Positions 11,191-24,627 of a stretch of DNA of 64,000 nt are shown piece by piece (within the stretch, counting starts at the first letter, position 1; every line of letters begins with the position of its first letter). The notes below the pieces were generated by a model. The model had not been told where the DNA came from. It saw only the letters and a program-made list of their open reading frames with translations, and made no database searches. Position numbers and translations under genes: made by a program. Source of the stretch: Okamejei kenojei (Eukaryota); NCBI GenBank assembly GCA_035221665.1, contig CM069157.1, positions 24,242,001 through 24,306,000 on the forward strand, read 5' to 3'.

Positions 11191-12091
11191 GGGACCCTTC
11201 TTCAGACAATCCAATGTCCCATAATATATTCTTTAAATATTAAGTTTTCTGTTGAAAGTGTGGTGCCGTGGTTACGGGTTGTCGGAAGGAAGATGATGAG
11301 GTCTGGTACAAGTTGACTTTGTTTTCAGTAATCAGGCCTCCGTGTTGGCCGATGTCTGGTTGATCGAGCGCTCATACAGTTGCGAGCGAGCGAGGTCAAT
11401 ATATAGGAGCAAGGAACGCGAAGCCTCTGAGGGTTCATTGTTCCCCTGGTTTGGATTGCTCCCAGGAGAGCGGGCACAAAGAAAAAATTTAGGCATTTTT
11501 TCTGTGGAAGGGGGGAGGGCAGTAGAAAATCGAAAGCATTGTAACAGCAGCACTCTCCCCCACACGAAACACAGCGCAGCGTAAACAATTAAACAGCTTC
11601 ACTTTTAAAAGCAAAGACACACGTTAAATTACATGGCCCCAAGAAATCGCCTCTCAATTGCTTCGGGGTTGGAATTGAAATATATATAATATATATAATA
11701 TGTATATACATATTATACTACTTTGGTTCAGTCCCTTTTCAGATTATAAAAAAGTTCCCACGATAGACTCACGAGACACTAAGGTAAACGCACGGGCCAT
11801 TACGTTACTGCAACAAGTTTAAATGTTTCCTTTTTTAACTTGAACAGTTAATTTGACTCGTGGAAAAAATCAAACATGTTTGATTTTTTTCACGAGTTAA
11901 CAAGTTTCCCGAGTACCTGCCGTTAGCGCCACGAGTGGACAAGTTGAACGCGCGAGTTCCGACGTTGCCGCTACGTTCATCGTACGTGACCACCACGAGT
12001 GAAAACTCGGGGTCACTCGTGGGCCAACTCGCACTGTGAGACAGGGGTTTAAGTATAACCCTACCTCAGCACTGAAGCTGGTAACCTGGTT

Positions 12092-12340
12092 AGAAACATC
12101 GAAACATAGAAAATAGGTGCAGGAGTAGACCATACAGCCCTTCGAACCAGCACTGCCTTTCAATATGATCATGGCTGATCATCCAAAATCAGTACCCCGT
12201 TCCTGCTTTTTCCCCAAATCCCTTGATTCCGTTAGCCCTAAGAGCTAAATCTCATTCTCTCTTGAAAACATCCAGTGAATTGGCCCCACTGCCTTCTGTG
12301 GCAGATAATTCCACAGATTCACAACTCTCTGGGTGAAAAG
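12092..12340 (-). mobile_element. CR1/HER1 LINE 3' end
   Basis: FTQRVVNLWNYLPQKAV (ORF 12245..12535) and a short tandem-repeat tail (gaaacat on the plus strand). Confidence 0.85.
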
Positions 12341-12689
12341 GAGATTATGATTCACTTCAGGAAGCGAAGCCTGGCATACATTGATGGCGCCAAAGTGGGG
12401 CAGCTTGTTTGTAATCATATATAGTCTTTTCATTGACTGGATAGCATGCAAAAAAAAACTTTTCACAGTGCCTTGGTACACGTGACAATAATAAACTAAA
12501 TAAATGAAGGTTGCATTCCATTCTTCAGCTTGCAATATTATGGTCTGGTTACCTAATGTAACTGATAATTTGTAGTTTTATTGTTTATTATATATTTATT
12601 TATTGTGCTGTTGTGTTATGCCTGAGAAGCTACAGCATGTAAGTATTCAATGTTCTGGTTTTAGTGCATATAGCAAATAAACAGTCTTG

Positions 12690-13420
12690 AGTCTCTGTTG
12701 ACTTTTGAGGCTTGAATTTGTTCACATTTGGTGGCCAAGCTTCATGTCAACATGAACTCATTCACAAAAGCACAAGACCAAATGAACTTAACACTCAACA
12801 TCCATAAGACAAAGTCCTTCCAACTTTACCAACTGACAATGTGAACCATTACCCATATTTTGGAAAACGCCTCTCAAAAAAGGAAACATTGATGATGAAA
12901 TCCATTATTACTATTAATGTATCAGTGCGGCATTTTGCCAACAGAAGAAAATTGTTACTCGAGATTGAGAGTTCAAAATTGGCATATAACACATGGTGTA
13001 CTGAAGAGCAGTGATTCCTGCCATTCTAAACTCTCCTGAGCCTTCTATTACCACAAGCTCCTCAAGGCATTGAAACATTACCAACAATGCTGTAACTCAA
13101 ACCCACTGGTAGGATAAGGAAACCATTATCAGCATCCTCTCTCAGTCAACATCCCCTGATCTAAGGTTCCAATTACAGTCTTTCAGTTCCGTTGGAGGAT
13201 CCACATTGTCTGCATTGCCTGAGATAAGACTCCGGAAACATACTCTCTATTTCAAATTCTGTCTCTGGAGAAGTCACCAGGTTGAAAGAGGAAAAGACTC
13301 GAGGATATTCTCAGAGCTACCTTGAAAAATATATAACAGCCTCCATCAATTCTGTGACTCCATGGAACATGCCAGCTTAAAGTGGAGGAGGAGTATTGGA
13401 ATCTGGTTCGGAGAAGTTCA
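12690..13420 (+). mobile_element. Old RTE LINE: RT C-terminus, probable continuation of 8790-9165
   Basis: Decayed motifs LTLNIHKTKV, IDDEI, LKALKHYQQC, LRWxxHIV, RLxKxxLY and RKRLEDILRATLKK. Confidence 0.75.
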
Positions 13421-14967
13421 AGTCTGTATGTGGGGAGTGATAATAAAGTATCAATCGGAGCCGGAATGAAGGCAAGTTATCTGCCAGGCACTGCTGAAGA
13501 AAAAGACTACGTTCCCCTCTCTGTCCATTATTAAGAGTGCCATTTGGACAATTAGAACAATAACAATCAAGGACAATTGTATAAAGAATGAGGGGTGGAT
13601 GATGTGAGAGTGAGCTACAATGAAGATTTTCATTAAAATACCAACAACGATATAAGCACGCACTTCAGAAAACGATATCACGTCAATCTCAATGTTTTCC
13701 TTTTAAATATAGAATAGAAAATCTTCAGCACTCTGCTTTCCTCACTCAAAATCTAGCCACAGGAGTGTTGGAAGGTGATTTAATGATGATAACCAAATAT
13801 TTAACTTTGCTTATTATCATGATACCTACTATGAATGTAAAGCACTTTCAGCTAGCACCAGAAATCAATAACTAAAGACTTGCTAATGTGTTTTAAATAT
13901 TTTCAAATATATTTTTTGATTTATTTTGAAGCTTTGAAGTATACAGATTGTACGTGTTTATAAATCATATTAAAGAGTCAGTATGAAAATCAACAGATTA
14001 TTTTTTTTTAATTCAATTGATTCAATGCATTTTGCACCTCAATTTGCATTTTTTGTTTGAAACTCAGAATGTGTTGTTCTACAAATTCATTTCTGGAGTG
14101 ATACATGAAAGTGAAGCCAAAAATGGACAAGTATTGCAGTCATGGCAAACTAAATTGCTTTTCTATTCACAGAGTAAATGATATTCACAGCAAATTCATT
14201 AACAGTTAGGGCCCCATATGTCCTTTCCTAATCAGAACCACTGCAGCAATATAGGCCTAGCTGTTTCATTATGCAAACAAAATGACTGTCTCCAGAGTGA
14301 AATGCATTAATGCGTTAAAGGCCGTTTCCCATTCACTTTAAGTCACTTGTGAAATTTGCTTTTGGTTTTTGGAGTGAGTCACCCTTGTGCTTCTTGTTAC
14401 TGAGTTCAGTCACTCCCTGTACCACCTTCCCTTTAGAGGACTGTAAGGGGACTTGGACTACATTACCTGGATATGCCGGCTATTGGGCATTCCCACGACA
14501 GTGTGATCACGATGTTATACAATTGTCAGGTGAGTATTTTCTCTGCTTTCCTCCTTGAGTACACCAGTTCCTCCACACTGATCCCCATCCCTCCATTGCT
14601 ACTTATTCAATCTTCTGTAACTCCATTGATTGAAAAATCTTGATTCACAGTTCCTCCCAGGTCAAACTGCAATTGGCAGATTGCCATCCACTTAGCCCTC
14701 AGCTATAAGTGAGATATTTAGTTTATCTATCATAATACAATAGAAATGATAGATAAAAGAAAATCGAATTCAGGCCATTTCTGCAAAAAAAAATCTGTTC
14801 AACCAGAATGGTCTGTTGGATGTTGATTGGATAGTCGGATGGGAGATATTGAGAGATCAGGGGCATTAGGGTCTGAGACTCTGATGATCACAAGGTTGAC
14901 CTATGATAATCACATCTCATGTGCCACTGACTCAGAAATCATTCTAGGGTATCTAGGGTATATTCAG

Positions 14968-15260
14968 CACAGTGGCGCAGTGGTAGTGTTGCTGCCTTAC
15001 CCAGGTTCGATCCTGACTATGGGTGCTGTCTGTATGAAGTTTGTACATTCTCCCTTTGACCGTGTTGCTTTTCTCTGGGTGCTCGGTTTCCTCCTACACT
15101 CTGAAGATGTACAGATTTGTAGGTTAATCAGTTTTGGTAAAAAATTGCAATTTGTCTATAGTGTGTTGGACAGTGCTGGTGTACGGGATGATCGCTGGTC
15201 GGTGCGGACTCGATGGGCTGAAGGGCTGATTTCCACACTGTATCTCTAAAGTCTAAAGTC
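14968..15260 (+). mobile_element. HE1-like V-SINE
   Basis: A box gtggcgcagtgg, B box ggttcgatcc, V domain gtgctcggtttcctcctacac, ctaaagt tail. Confidence 0.9.
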
Positions 15261-16761
15261 ATACCAGAGTGACATGGTGGTTCATGCTGTGAAGCCCGGC
15301 TGAATTTTTAGACTGTTGCAGATTGCAAGAAATGGTTATTTTTTACTTGAAAACAGACATCAGATGGAATTTAAACATGGAATACGTGGAGTGAAGTTCT
15401 CAAGGAAGAATACAATGAGAATGGATGTGAGATGCTGAAACTCTGAACCAAATACAGACATTTCTGGAGAAAGCTGGTCAGGCAGTATTTATGGAAAAAG
15501 AAACAAGAATTTCACATCCCAGGCCCTTTGTTTGAACAAAATATTAACAGTATCTCTATTTCCCAAGATGTTGCTTGACCTGCTGAATGCTTCCAGCAGG
15601 TTTTTGAGAAAGGTGGCCTCTTGATTCATGAGCGTGGTGAGAGCTCTAATAGCACTCTTACCACTGGCTTATCCAAGTTCGATCCTGACTGTCTGTATGA
15701 AGTTTGTACATTCTCCCAATGACCGTGTGGCTTTTCTCTGCAACACCTACTGCAATGCCCATTGCTGGATAATCCATGTACTACTGCAGACCTTGCACTT
15801 AACACTCAAATAGCGCAACGATGTGTATAGCAGTGGCGAGCCACTATATAGCATGAGGACACGAAAGAAGAAGAAGCATGGTGAGATTTACAAAATAGGA
15901 TGGGAGGAAGTGCCTGTGACTAAGGATGTTGGTATTGACTCGATGGGCCAAATGACACAGCAATGATGCACAGTTTTTTTTTTAACTACTTTCAAATATC
16001 ACACTCAAAAGGGATGTAAGTACACATTTGTGAAAGGGATAAGTGATTTTCTGTGTGTTCTGCTAAATATTACAAGCGTGATCACTTCACAACAGCCGAA
16101 GCCCATCAACAAAAGTGTTCCTGAATAATGAGTTAGGGAACTTGTTACTTTTTAAATGCCTAGATTTTCTTTGAGACTGAATGAACAGTACCAATAAAAA
16201 ATCATACAGCTTCATTTCACAAGCAAATCAAAAGAGCTCCCAATTTAACCGCATGATCATGGCAATCTACTATTTATTTCATAGAATCAATTTTGTCCAT
16301 AGAATTTTGCAAATGCATCTCTAATGGCTGCTCAGATATATAAAGCCTGATATGACTACAGATTACCTTCCTTATTATTCACAAGATGGGCAATAAGAGG
16401 TGCTGTAAATATAACTGGAATGTCCCAAGAAATAATGTATCATTATTAGTTATACAGTAGGCAAAATAAGTGGGCTCAGTTCCAGGTTCCAATTCTAACC
16501 ACAGTCACACCTCATTGTAATTACATTCACACGTATGACCACAACAAAATCTATAATTACAGTAAAGGTCTCAATTCAGAATAACAGATAATAATCAATT
16601 AAAACTGTTGAATTTCAAGCAGTATTGAGTATACAACATAAAAAGAATGCTCATCCAATTCCCAGTATCAATGAAAGAAACTTCAATGTTATGGTACTTG
16701 ATACTCATTAGTCAGTGGGCGACTTAACTTTTCAATTGTTATTCCTTCAAGAAACCACCAA

Positions 16762-17073
16762 GGTGGCACAGTACCACAGTGGCAAAGCTGCTGCCTCACA
16801 ATGCGAGAGACCCGGGTTTGATCCTTATAACGGGTGCTGTCCATGCAGAATTTGTACATTCTCCGTGGGTTTTCTGCAGGGCTCCAGTTTCCTCCCACAC
16901 TCCAGAGACGGACAGGTTTGTAGGTTAATTTGCTTCAGTAAATCACCCCGAGCATGTATCTCCTAGTGTGTAGGATGAAAAAGTGGAATAACATCAAACT
17001 AATGTACATTTGATCGATGTTCGCCTTGGGCCAAAGCGCTCGTGTCCACACTGTATCACCAAACCAAAATAAA
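16762..17073 (+). mobile_element. HE1-like V-SINE
   Basis: tRNA-like head, ccgtgggttttctgcagggctccagtttcctcccacactcc, and tail. Confidence 0.9.
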
Positions 17074-18362
17074 TCTCAGAGTGTATACATCAGTTCTATT
17101 GTTTCATACTTTCTCCAGAGCTTCTCACTGTCTCAATTGTGCCTCTCTAATCTTATATTTTTCTCTTTGGTAGAAGTCATCGCAGCATGTTCCTAATCCA
17201 AGAGTTGGAAGGAGAACAAAGATGGGATAAGAAATTAGATTTGGAGGAAGCAGATTGTGAGGTTTGTGGAAGATGTATGCAATTACAAAGACAAGGTGAC
17301 AGTGAATCTCTTGTGTTGCTCTGAAAGCCTTTATGACAGGTTAAATAAATCAGCAAGTTCATCGCCTTCCATCAAACAAACAGGCCAAAATGGCACAATC
17401 AAAGTAGGGTTTATGTCAATTAAATTGTCAAGAATGAGTAGGGTTAAGATTAAATTGACCAGCTTCATAGAGCTGTCGACAGGACTGATCCCCTGCATAC
17501 ATAGGAACCCACCATGCTGAGGGATCATCGGGGTGAGTTATGTTTAAAACTATCTTGAGTCAAATAAAACTGTTCATATGAGAAACAGCAAAACTTAAAT
17601 GGCAGCCTGCAAGGAAAGTGCACACAAGAGTAATTACTGTACAGGACTCCTTCAAATGATGCCAGGGAGAGTTGCATTCAGAGTCGTTGAACTATATGTG
17701 GGTTGAGGTTAAAAATTAAACTTTTTATGGTGTTAAAGAGTCCAGAGATTATAGAAGTGTATAATATTTGGAAATATTTATAACAAATAATATTTGGTTG
17801 TATTTATATCAAATATTTATATCAAATAATATTTGGAGCGCCACCGTCATGGCTGACTTAGTTGCTGCCTTACAGCAAAATGCAGAACCAGAGACTTGGG
17901 TTCGATCCCGACTACGTGTGCTATCCCACCTGGATGGGCTACAGTCATACTCAGTAGATAACTTGCCTTTTTATTTTATCACTGCAGTTTTGGAATTGGT
18001 CATCAAAATGTATTGCAGGAACTGGTCAAATATGCAGATCTATTCTCCAATTTAAAAAAAAAGTAAAACCAAGAAGGTAGTCTTTCAAAATAACAAAATA
18101 AACAGAATTATAATGGTCAGGGTATTAATCTATACCAGAAGTAATCCTTTATGTTTGACAAACCCCAAATGACAACTCGGAAATGTATTGTTAATGTCCA
18201 CAATTGAAAAGTCTTGAAACAATTTTTTTTTGTTGTCTTTTTATTACTCTCACAACAAGTATTCTGGAAATCAAACCATGAATGGAAACCAAAATGCAAA
18301 AGTGAGCAGATGTTGGAAAACTGAAACAAAGACAAAAAGTCCAAGACACTCAAACAACACAC

Positions 18363-18650
18363 GGGGCGACATGGTGGCACAGTGGTGGAGTTGCTGCCTT
18401 AGAGTGCTTTCAGCGCCGGAGGCCCTGGTTCGATTCCGGCTACGAGTGCTAGCTGTACGGAGTTTGTACATTCTCCCCGTGACCGCGTGGGTTTTCTCCG
18501 AGATCGGTTTCCTCCCACACTCCAAAGCCGTACAGGTTTGTAGGTGAATTGACCCTCGAGTGTGTAGGATATTGTTCATGTACGGGGATCGCTGGTTGGT
18601 GCGGACTCAGTGGGCTGTTTCTGCGCTGTATCTCTAAGCTAAACTAAACA
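18363..18650 (+). mobile_element. HE1-like V-SINE, CpG-rich and relatively young
   Basis: ggtggcacagtggtgg, ggttcgattcc, gcgtgggttttctccg...ggtttcctcccacactcc, ctaaa tail. Confidence 0.9.
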
Positions 18651-19429
18651 TGTGGACGGTGGATTAACTAATGTTTTAAATGGTTTCCCTTTTCCTCTAA
18701 AAATATGAAAACAGAAACCGTAGTGACATCCCACAGTCCCACTAATATGAAATCCCAACATTTGCTGGAATATCCCCATCAGTAAGGAGCAAGGAATCCA
18801 TTTATCAATTCTCACTTCTCTTAGCTTCACAATATTCGAGCAAGTATTTAGCACAAAATCCAAATTCTTTCAAGCTGGACAGTAGCCACTGTGGAGATGT
18901 GGCAAGTCGGCATTTGACAAACTGCCCAGTTCCTCCAACAGTAAACAAGCTATTTGACTGTGCATTGAACAAACAATGCCAGATAACTGCATTGCTGGCA
19001 AGGATCCAAACACATATCACTTTTTGTTTCCATAGACTGATTATCTCTATCCCCCACAATGCATGGTGTATATAATATATTTTCTTGCATTGTGCTATGT
19101 TCTGAAAAGGGAACATCATAATCAGCAGAATGATTCCTTGGCAATACAGTACTAAAGTAGTAATATAACAAAGGCAGCTGGTATTATCTTTTTAACTTCA
19201 GTGCTGAAACTCTGGAAGTCGTCCAAAGATGGGGAAAGGCAGAGGATGAGACTTCTAAAAATGCAAAAGGCAAACAGTTACGCAATTCTATGAAATAATT
19301 CACATGGAAATGTATTTTGCTCCGGACAATGCTAGTTTTTGTAAAAGCACACCTGAATAGTTTGGTGGTATAAATCCACCCAGGAAGCAAAAGGAATGAA
19401 AGAGAACGTGAAGTTATGTGATGGTATAA

Positions 19430-19660
19430 TGTGAAGGTTTGTCCTCCAGAACCTGCCGCTTTCTTAGCCAAGCTGTTCCAGTACAACTACAACACTGGTA
19501 TCTACCCGGCGATCTGGAAAATTGCCCGGTTATGCACTGTCCACAAGAAGCGGGACAGACCCAACCTTGCCAGTTACGGCCCCATTAGGCAACTCTCGAT
19601 CATCAGCAAAGTGATAGAAGAGATAATCGACAATGCTCTCAAGCAGCACTTTTGAATTAG
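19430..19660 (+). mobile_element. CR1-clade LINE ORF2 fragment
   Basis: ORF 19431: LAKLFQYNYNTGIYPAIWKIARLCTVHKK...SYGPI..LSIISKVIE. Confidence 0.85.
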
Positions 19661-19664
19661 CAAA

Positions 19665-20335
19665 AAACTGATTGGCAGACCTCAATCAGAGCAAATCAGT
19701 AGCAACATCTCCTCCAAACTGACGATCAATACAAGTGCACCACAATTGTGCGTGTTTAGACCCTTGCTCTATTCTCTTTACACCCATGGCTAAGTACAGG
19801 ACAAATGCTATCTATAACTATGAGACACTGTTATTGGCTTAATTATAGCTGATGAAGAATCACTGTACAGGAGTGAGACAGAACACCTGGTTGAGTGATG
19901 CCACAGCCCAGCACATAGATGTAATCATGAAGAAGGCGTGCCAGCACCTCTGCTTCCTTCAAAGTTCAAAGAAATTCAGCATGCGACCGCATACTCAAAC
20001 ACACTTCTGCAGATGCACTGTGGAAAGCATCTTGGCTTGCTGCATCATGGCCTGATATGGCAATTCCAATGCACCGGAAAACAAAAGGATGCAGAGAGTG
20101 GGGGACACAGCAGCCCAGACTATTACAAGTTGAGCCCTCCCCACCATCTGAAGCATCCATGTGAGGTGCTGCTTCAAGAAGATGGCATCTATCATGAAGG
20201 ATCTCCACCATCCAATCCACACCCTCTTCTCACTGCTACCATTGGGCAAGGGGGGTTGGGGGGAGACGGAAGTACCACACTAACAAGTTCAGGAACAACT
20301 ACTTTCCTGCAACCTTAACTGAGCTGCTCAACCCT
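19665..20335 (+). mobile_element. Rex1/Babar LINE, decayed RT and C-terminus
   Basis: HIDVIMKKACQHLCFL...FCRCTVESILACCIMA (ORF 19852), preceded by a decayed NTGAPQ-like motif. Confidence 0.8.
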
Positions 20336-20349
20336 TATCAGGTGAATAT

Positions 20350-20770
20350 ATTTGTAGGACCTGAGGGAATGGATTCTTGGACATTGTGGGAGGCTAGGGA
20401 AATATTACTGGGGCACTGGCAGATATCATCATCTTTGCATCATCTTTAGCCACAGAACAAAATATTGGAAGACTTCAGGGTGGCTAATGTTATATATTTA
20501 TTTAAGAAAGGGTGCAAGGATAGGCCAATAAGTCTCACATCAGTGGAGGGTAAGTTATTGGATCGGATTCTGAAGGTCAGAATTTACGAGCATTTGGATA
20601 GGCTAGAGTTGATTAGCGATAGTCAGCAAAGGTTCATGCATGAGAAATTCTGAATCACCAAGCTTTTTGATGAGGTTACCTGGAGGATTGATGAGGGCAT
20701 GCCAGTGCACATTGCCTTTGTGGACTTTGCCAAGGTCCTGCATGGTAAGAGAGCCCAGAAGGTAACATCA
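20350..20770 (+). mobile_element. CR1 LINE ORF2 fragment
   Basis: ORF 20465: EDFRVANVIYLFKKGCKDRPISLTSVEGKLLDRILK...SDSQQRF. Confidence 0.85.
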
Positions 20771-21812
20771 CATACCATGAAAGCATCTTACTAATCCATA
20801 ATGAATGTGACAATATTCAGCAAATGCACAAATATATAAAGCATGAAATTAGGTTACAAATGTTAACGGGGACCACATACTGACTTGTGAGTTATCTTAT
20901 TAGGATCTAGAGTCATACAGCATGGAAACAGGATCTTTGGCCCAACTTGCCCACTTCGACCAATTTGCCCCACCAACACTCCTAACCAAATCCAATAAAC
21001 CTTGATTTTTTTCACACATTTGAAAGAGAATATTTTAATTTTTAATTGAATGCCTTCACGCATAAGGACCAAACAAAAATAGCACTTCTTAAATAATGAA
21101 CAATTAAAAACAAATTGGGAAGATCAGAGACTGTTAACATTTGACTTCTGCAGAATGTCTTTAAGTCACTTTGAGGAAACCCTACATTTCCTTAACAACA
21201 TCTGCACTCACCATGAGAACCTTGAATGTTATTTTTTACCGACAGTTTGAAAAATTATCTTTGTAATAACATAAATCCCACAGATGTATAAAATAATGTA
21301 ACCTTAAATAACTGGATATTATCAACTGCATTATATTTCATAATAGTATCTGGTTAACTATCAGCAGAGACCAAATGCAATTATTACCTGGTAATCTGAT
21401 GAGGTATTGACATTGTATTTACATTTACCTTATATATTATTCTGTTCATACTACATATTTGGTGCATTTCATTAATTTTAAGACTAATGTATCTTGTAGG
21501 AACAAACAAAGAATAAAAAAGCACATTAATTGTATTAACCTCAGATAAAATTCAGAGACCCTTATATCGTGGAGACAGGCCCTTCAGCCCATCTTGCCCT
21601 CATCGGAACTACTTTATCTCCTTTTGCTGAATCAGAAAAGCTGTCTATTTAATTTTCATGTGTCATAACTGAATCATAATTTTTTATCCATTCTCTGTCT
21701 TAAGAAGATCTATTGGAAAAATAACTTCTCAATGCTAGTTTTCATCTATGACACACCTACATACACCATGACACACCATCACACCTGCAGTGTCTCATTC
21801 AAGTGGTAATAC

Positions 21813-22284
21813 AGGGGGGGAACAGTGACACAGCTGGTAGACCTGCTGCTTCATAGCACCGGAGACCTAGTTTTGATCCCAACGTCGAGTGCTGTGTTTG
21901 CGCATTCCCCCCATGACCATGCGGATTTCCTTCAGGTGTCTGGTTTCCTTCCACATCCTAAAGGCATATGGCTTGTAGGTTAATTGGCCTCTGGAAATTG
22001 ACTCTAGTGTGTCGGGAGTGTCATAGAGTGTGGAAACAAGCTCTTTGGCCCAACTTACCCACACCGACCAACTTGTCCCATCTACACTGGTCCAACCTGC
22101 TTGTGTTTGGCCTATATTTGTCTAATCCTATCCTATCCATGTACCTGTCTAAATGTTTCATAAACATTGCGATAGTACCCAAGTGGATGAGAAAGTGGGA
22201 TAATGTAGAACCCGTGTGAATGTGTAATCTATGATCGGCTTGGACTCGATGGGCCGAAGAGATGCTATATATCTAAACTCTAAA
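21813..22284 (+). mobile_element. HE1-like SINE interrupted by an antisense CR1 3' fragment (~22020-22180)
   Basis: SINE head and V domain at 21813-22020; tail resumes near 22182. The insert resembles 44695-44850. Confidence 0.8.
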
Positions 22285-22848
22285 ACGTCTGGACTTTTTG
22301 TTTTCTGGAAACATATTCACCTCAAGATCAAGATTCTTCATACAGCTACAGTTCATTCATTTTTTTACATTGGGTTAAAAATTATGACACTCCATGGCTT
22401 TCTTTTCACTTGCAGCCCAGGCTTCTTACAAACAAATGATGGACCTCAACAATGAAAAAATACCTCAATTTACTGGAAGGGTCTAGGTGAAACTGAAAGA
22501 TCCCAAAGAACCCACAAAGACCAAATATGCAATGATCCTGCTAATAATAATGGCAGAGTCTTGTTTCATTTGTTAGCTGTGTTTCCTGCTTGCCACCTGA
22601 TGGCTCGAGCCTGTAAGGCTGGGATGTCTGGTAAAAAGAACACCAAGATGCCCAGTTGCATGGCACTGGGGCATGTCCATTGTTATCTTTAAATCATAAC
22701 CAGCCTCCATCCCAAAATTATGCATTAACCGTTCTTACTCAAGCTCTTTCCTAAGATTGTGTGCTAAATATTACTTGCCATAGCTTTCTCCAGAACCATC
22801 CAAAATCCTATCCTGACCCTCACATCAACAGCAATTAAGCCCTAATCA

Positions 22849-22934
22849 AGGGTCTCGACCCGAAACGTCGCCTATCTCCTTCGCTCCTTAGATGCTGCTG
22901 CACCCGCTGAGTTTCTCCAGCTTTTTGTGTACCC
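22849..22934 (+). mobile_element. Penelope-derived 86-bp insert with 13-bp TSD
   Basis: taagccctaatca at 22836-22848 and 22935-22947. Confidence 0.9.
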
Positions 22935-23100
22935 TAAGCCCTAATCATTGATGTTTTTGGATCAATTTAGCTCAAAGGAGTACATCAAAAATTTCAGAAA
23001 AAAATAATTTCTGAAGTTAGAGTCGCTCCCTTACAGCACCAGGGACCCAAGATCGATCATGACTACGGCTGCTGTCTATACTGAATTTGTACATTCTCCC

Positions 23101-23278
23101 TCTGTGGAATTCTCTGCCTCAGAGGGCGGTGGAGGCTGGTTCTCTGGATACTTTTAAGAGGGAGCTAGGTAGGGCTCTTAAAGATAGCGGAGTCAGGGGA
23201 TATGGGGAGAAGGCAGGAACGGGGTACTGATTGGGGATGATCAGCCATGATCACATTGAATGGCAGTGCCGGCTTGAA
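23101..23278 (+). mobile_element. CR1/HER1 3' fragment abutting a SINE 5' half (23020-23100)
   Basis: LWNSLPQRAVEAGSLDTFKRELGRAL followed by gatcagccatgatcacattgaatgg. Confidence 0.85.
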
Positions 23279-24627
23279 TATACAAATGTAAAGTCTTAAC
23301 TATTTGTTTCCAAATACAATATATTGCTACAATATAGCTGTAAGTACTTGATCCAAGGCACCCTGCCCTTGCCACTACCCAGAATACAAGAATGGGAGGA
23401 CATAAGCTCTGGCAGGTCAATTGCAATGCAGTGAATGAGGTTGGCTAACACAATTCAGATTAGGAATCAAAGCAGGACAATCAATGCTATTACCTGCAAG
23501 TTCCCTCTCTAAGTCACACACCATCACGACTTGGAGATTTATCACATTTTGCTTTTCATCATCAGTAGCACTAAATACTTAAACTTCCTTCCAGGGATTT
23601 ACGTCTCATGAGCAATCAGGACTGTGTAATACATCCTGACCTTGCCAGCCACAGTTCCTCCTACTCATGAATAAGATGGCTTGTCTCAATGATACGGTCA
23701 TAAACCCAGCAATGCATTTATTCCCCCAAATCATGTGGAGTTGGCCATATACTTTTATGCTTTGTTTTAATGGTTAAAGATTACATATTACATCGTCAGT
23801 ACTTACCCATGTTATCCGTTTAAGATGTGCTCGTTGTTTGATCAAATTACTTTCTTGTGAATTATATACAGTGATCTTGAGACTGGTTGTAGCTATTGAA
23901 AACCCCTTGTCTTTCACAAGTGAAATTAGTAGAACACAAATGATTTCAGGTGGGTTTATGGTCATTTTTGAACACCTTTCCTATGCACAATTCCCCATCC
24001 TTAGCTGTGGGCTTTGATCATTGACTAAGCCTATCTCAGTTAAACTTAATATCTCTGCAGAAAAAAACAGAATTATTGTCTTAACCCATTCTTTTAGCAA
24101 CATTAGCAACAATAAGATTTGTTGCATTTTATTATCACTTTAACAATTGAAATGGGAGATTCTAAAATTGTGGCTGCAGTAAATAAAAACACATTGTAAT
24201 GTTTTTTCAGAGATAAAATCTATGTATACAAAGTGAACAGTTGATGTAGTGTTATTGAGTTTTTTTCACAGTCAATCTCATTTTCAACTTCATTTATTCA
24301 AAACATTTAAATAATATGCAATTATACATTGATTTAATATTTGGAACTGCAACACACTTATATTGAATATAATTTGAAAAAGATTGCTGATAAATGTAAG
24401 TAGATTTTCTAATGAGGTCTGCTGAAACATTTTATTTTGACAAATGAATATATAGGATTGTATGTAATTAAAGGCAAATAATAGGTATTGCAGTTTAATC
24501 TCATTATTAAGAAGCATATTTGCAGCAGAGGAGATCATTTTGCTTGGAATTACATGGAAGAAATAGCACAGATCTGAAGAGATTTTTCTGGTGGTATATC
24601 ATCCAAAACATGCAATCATAGCAGATT

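Larger units (their letters stand above)
9680..12049. mobile_element. 2.37-kb non-autonomous PIF/Harbinger-type DNA transposon with ~45-bp TIRs and TAA TSD
   Basis: Left tggccctgtctcactgtgcgagttgacccacgaggtaccccgagt; right, reverse-complemented, aacccctgtctcacagtgcgagttggcccacgagtgaccccgagt. TAA at 9677-9679 and 12050-12052. No transposase ORF in the readable part. Confidence 0.85.

Noticed and set aside
10059-11316. Long ORFs over the array (up to 252 aa)
   Set aside because: Artefacts of N runs and (AC)n, giving HT/CV dipeptides and X residues.
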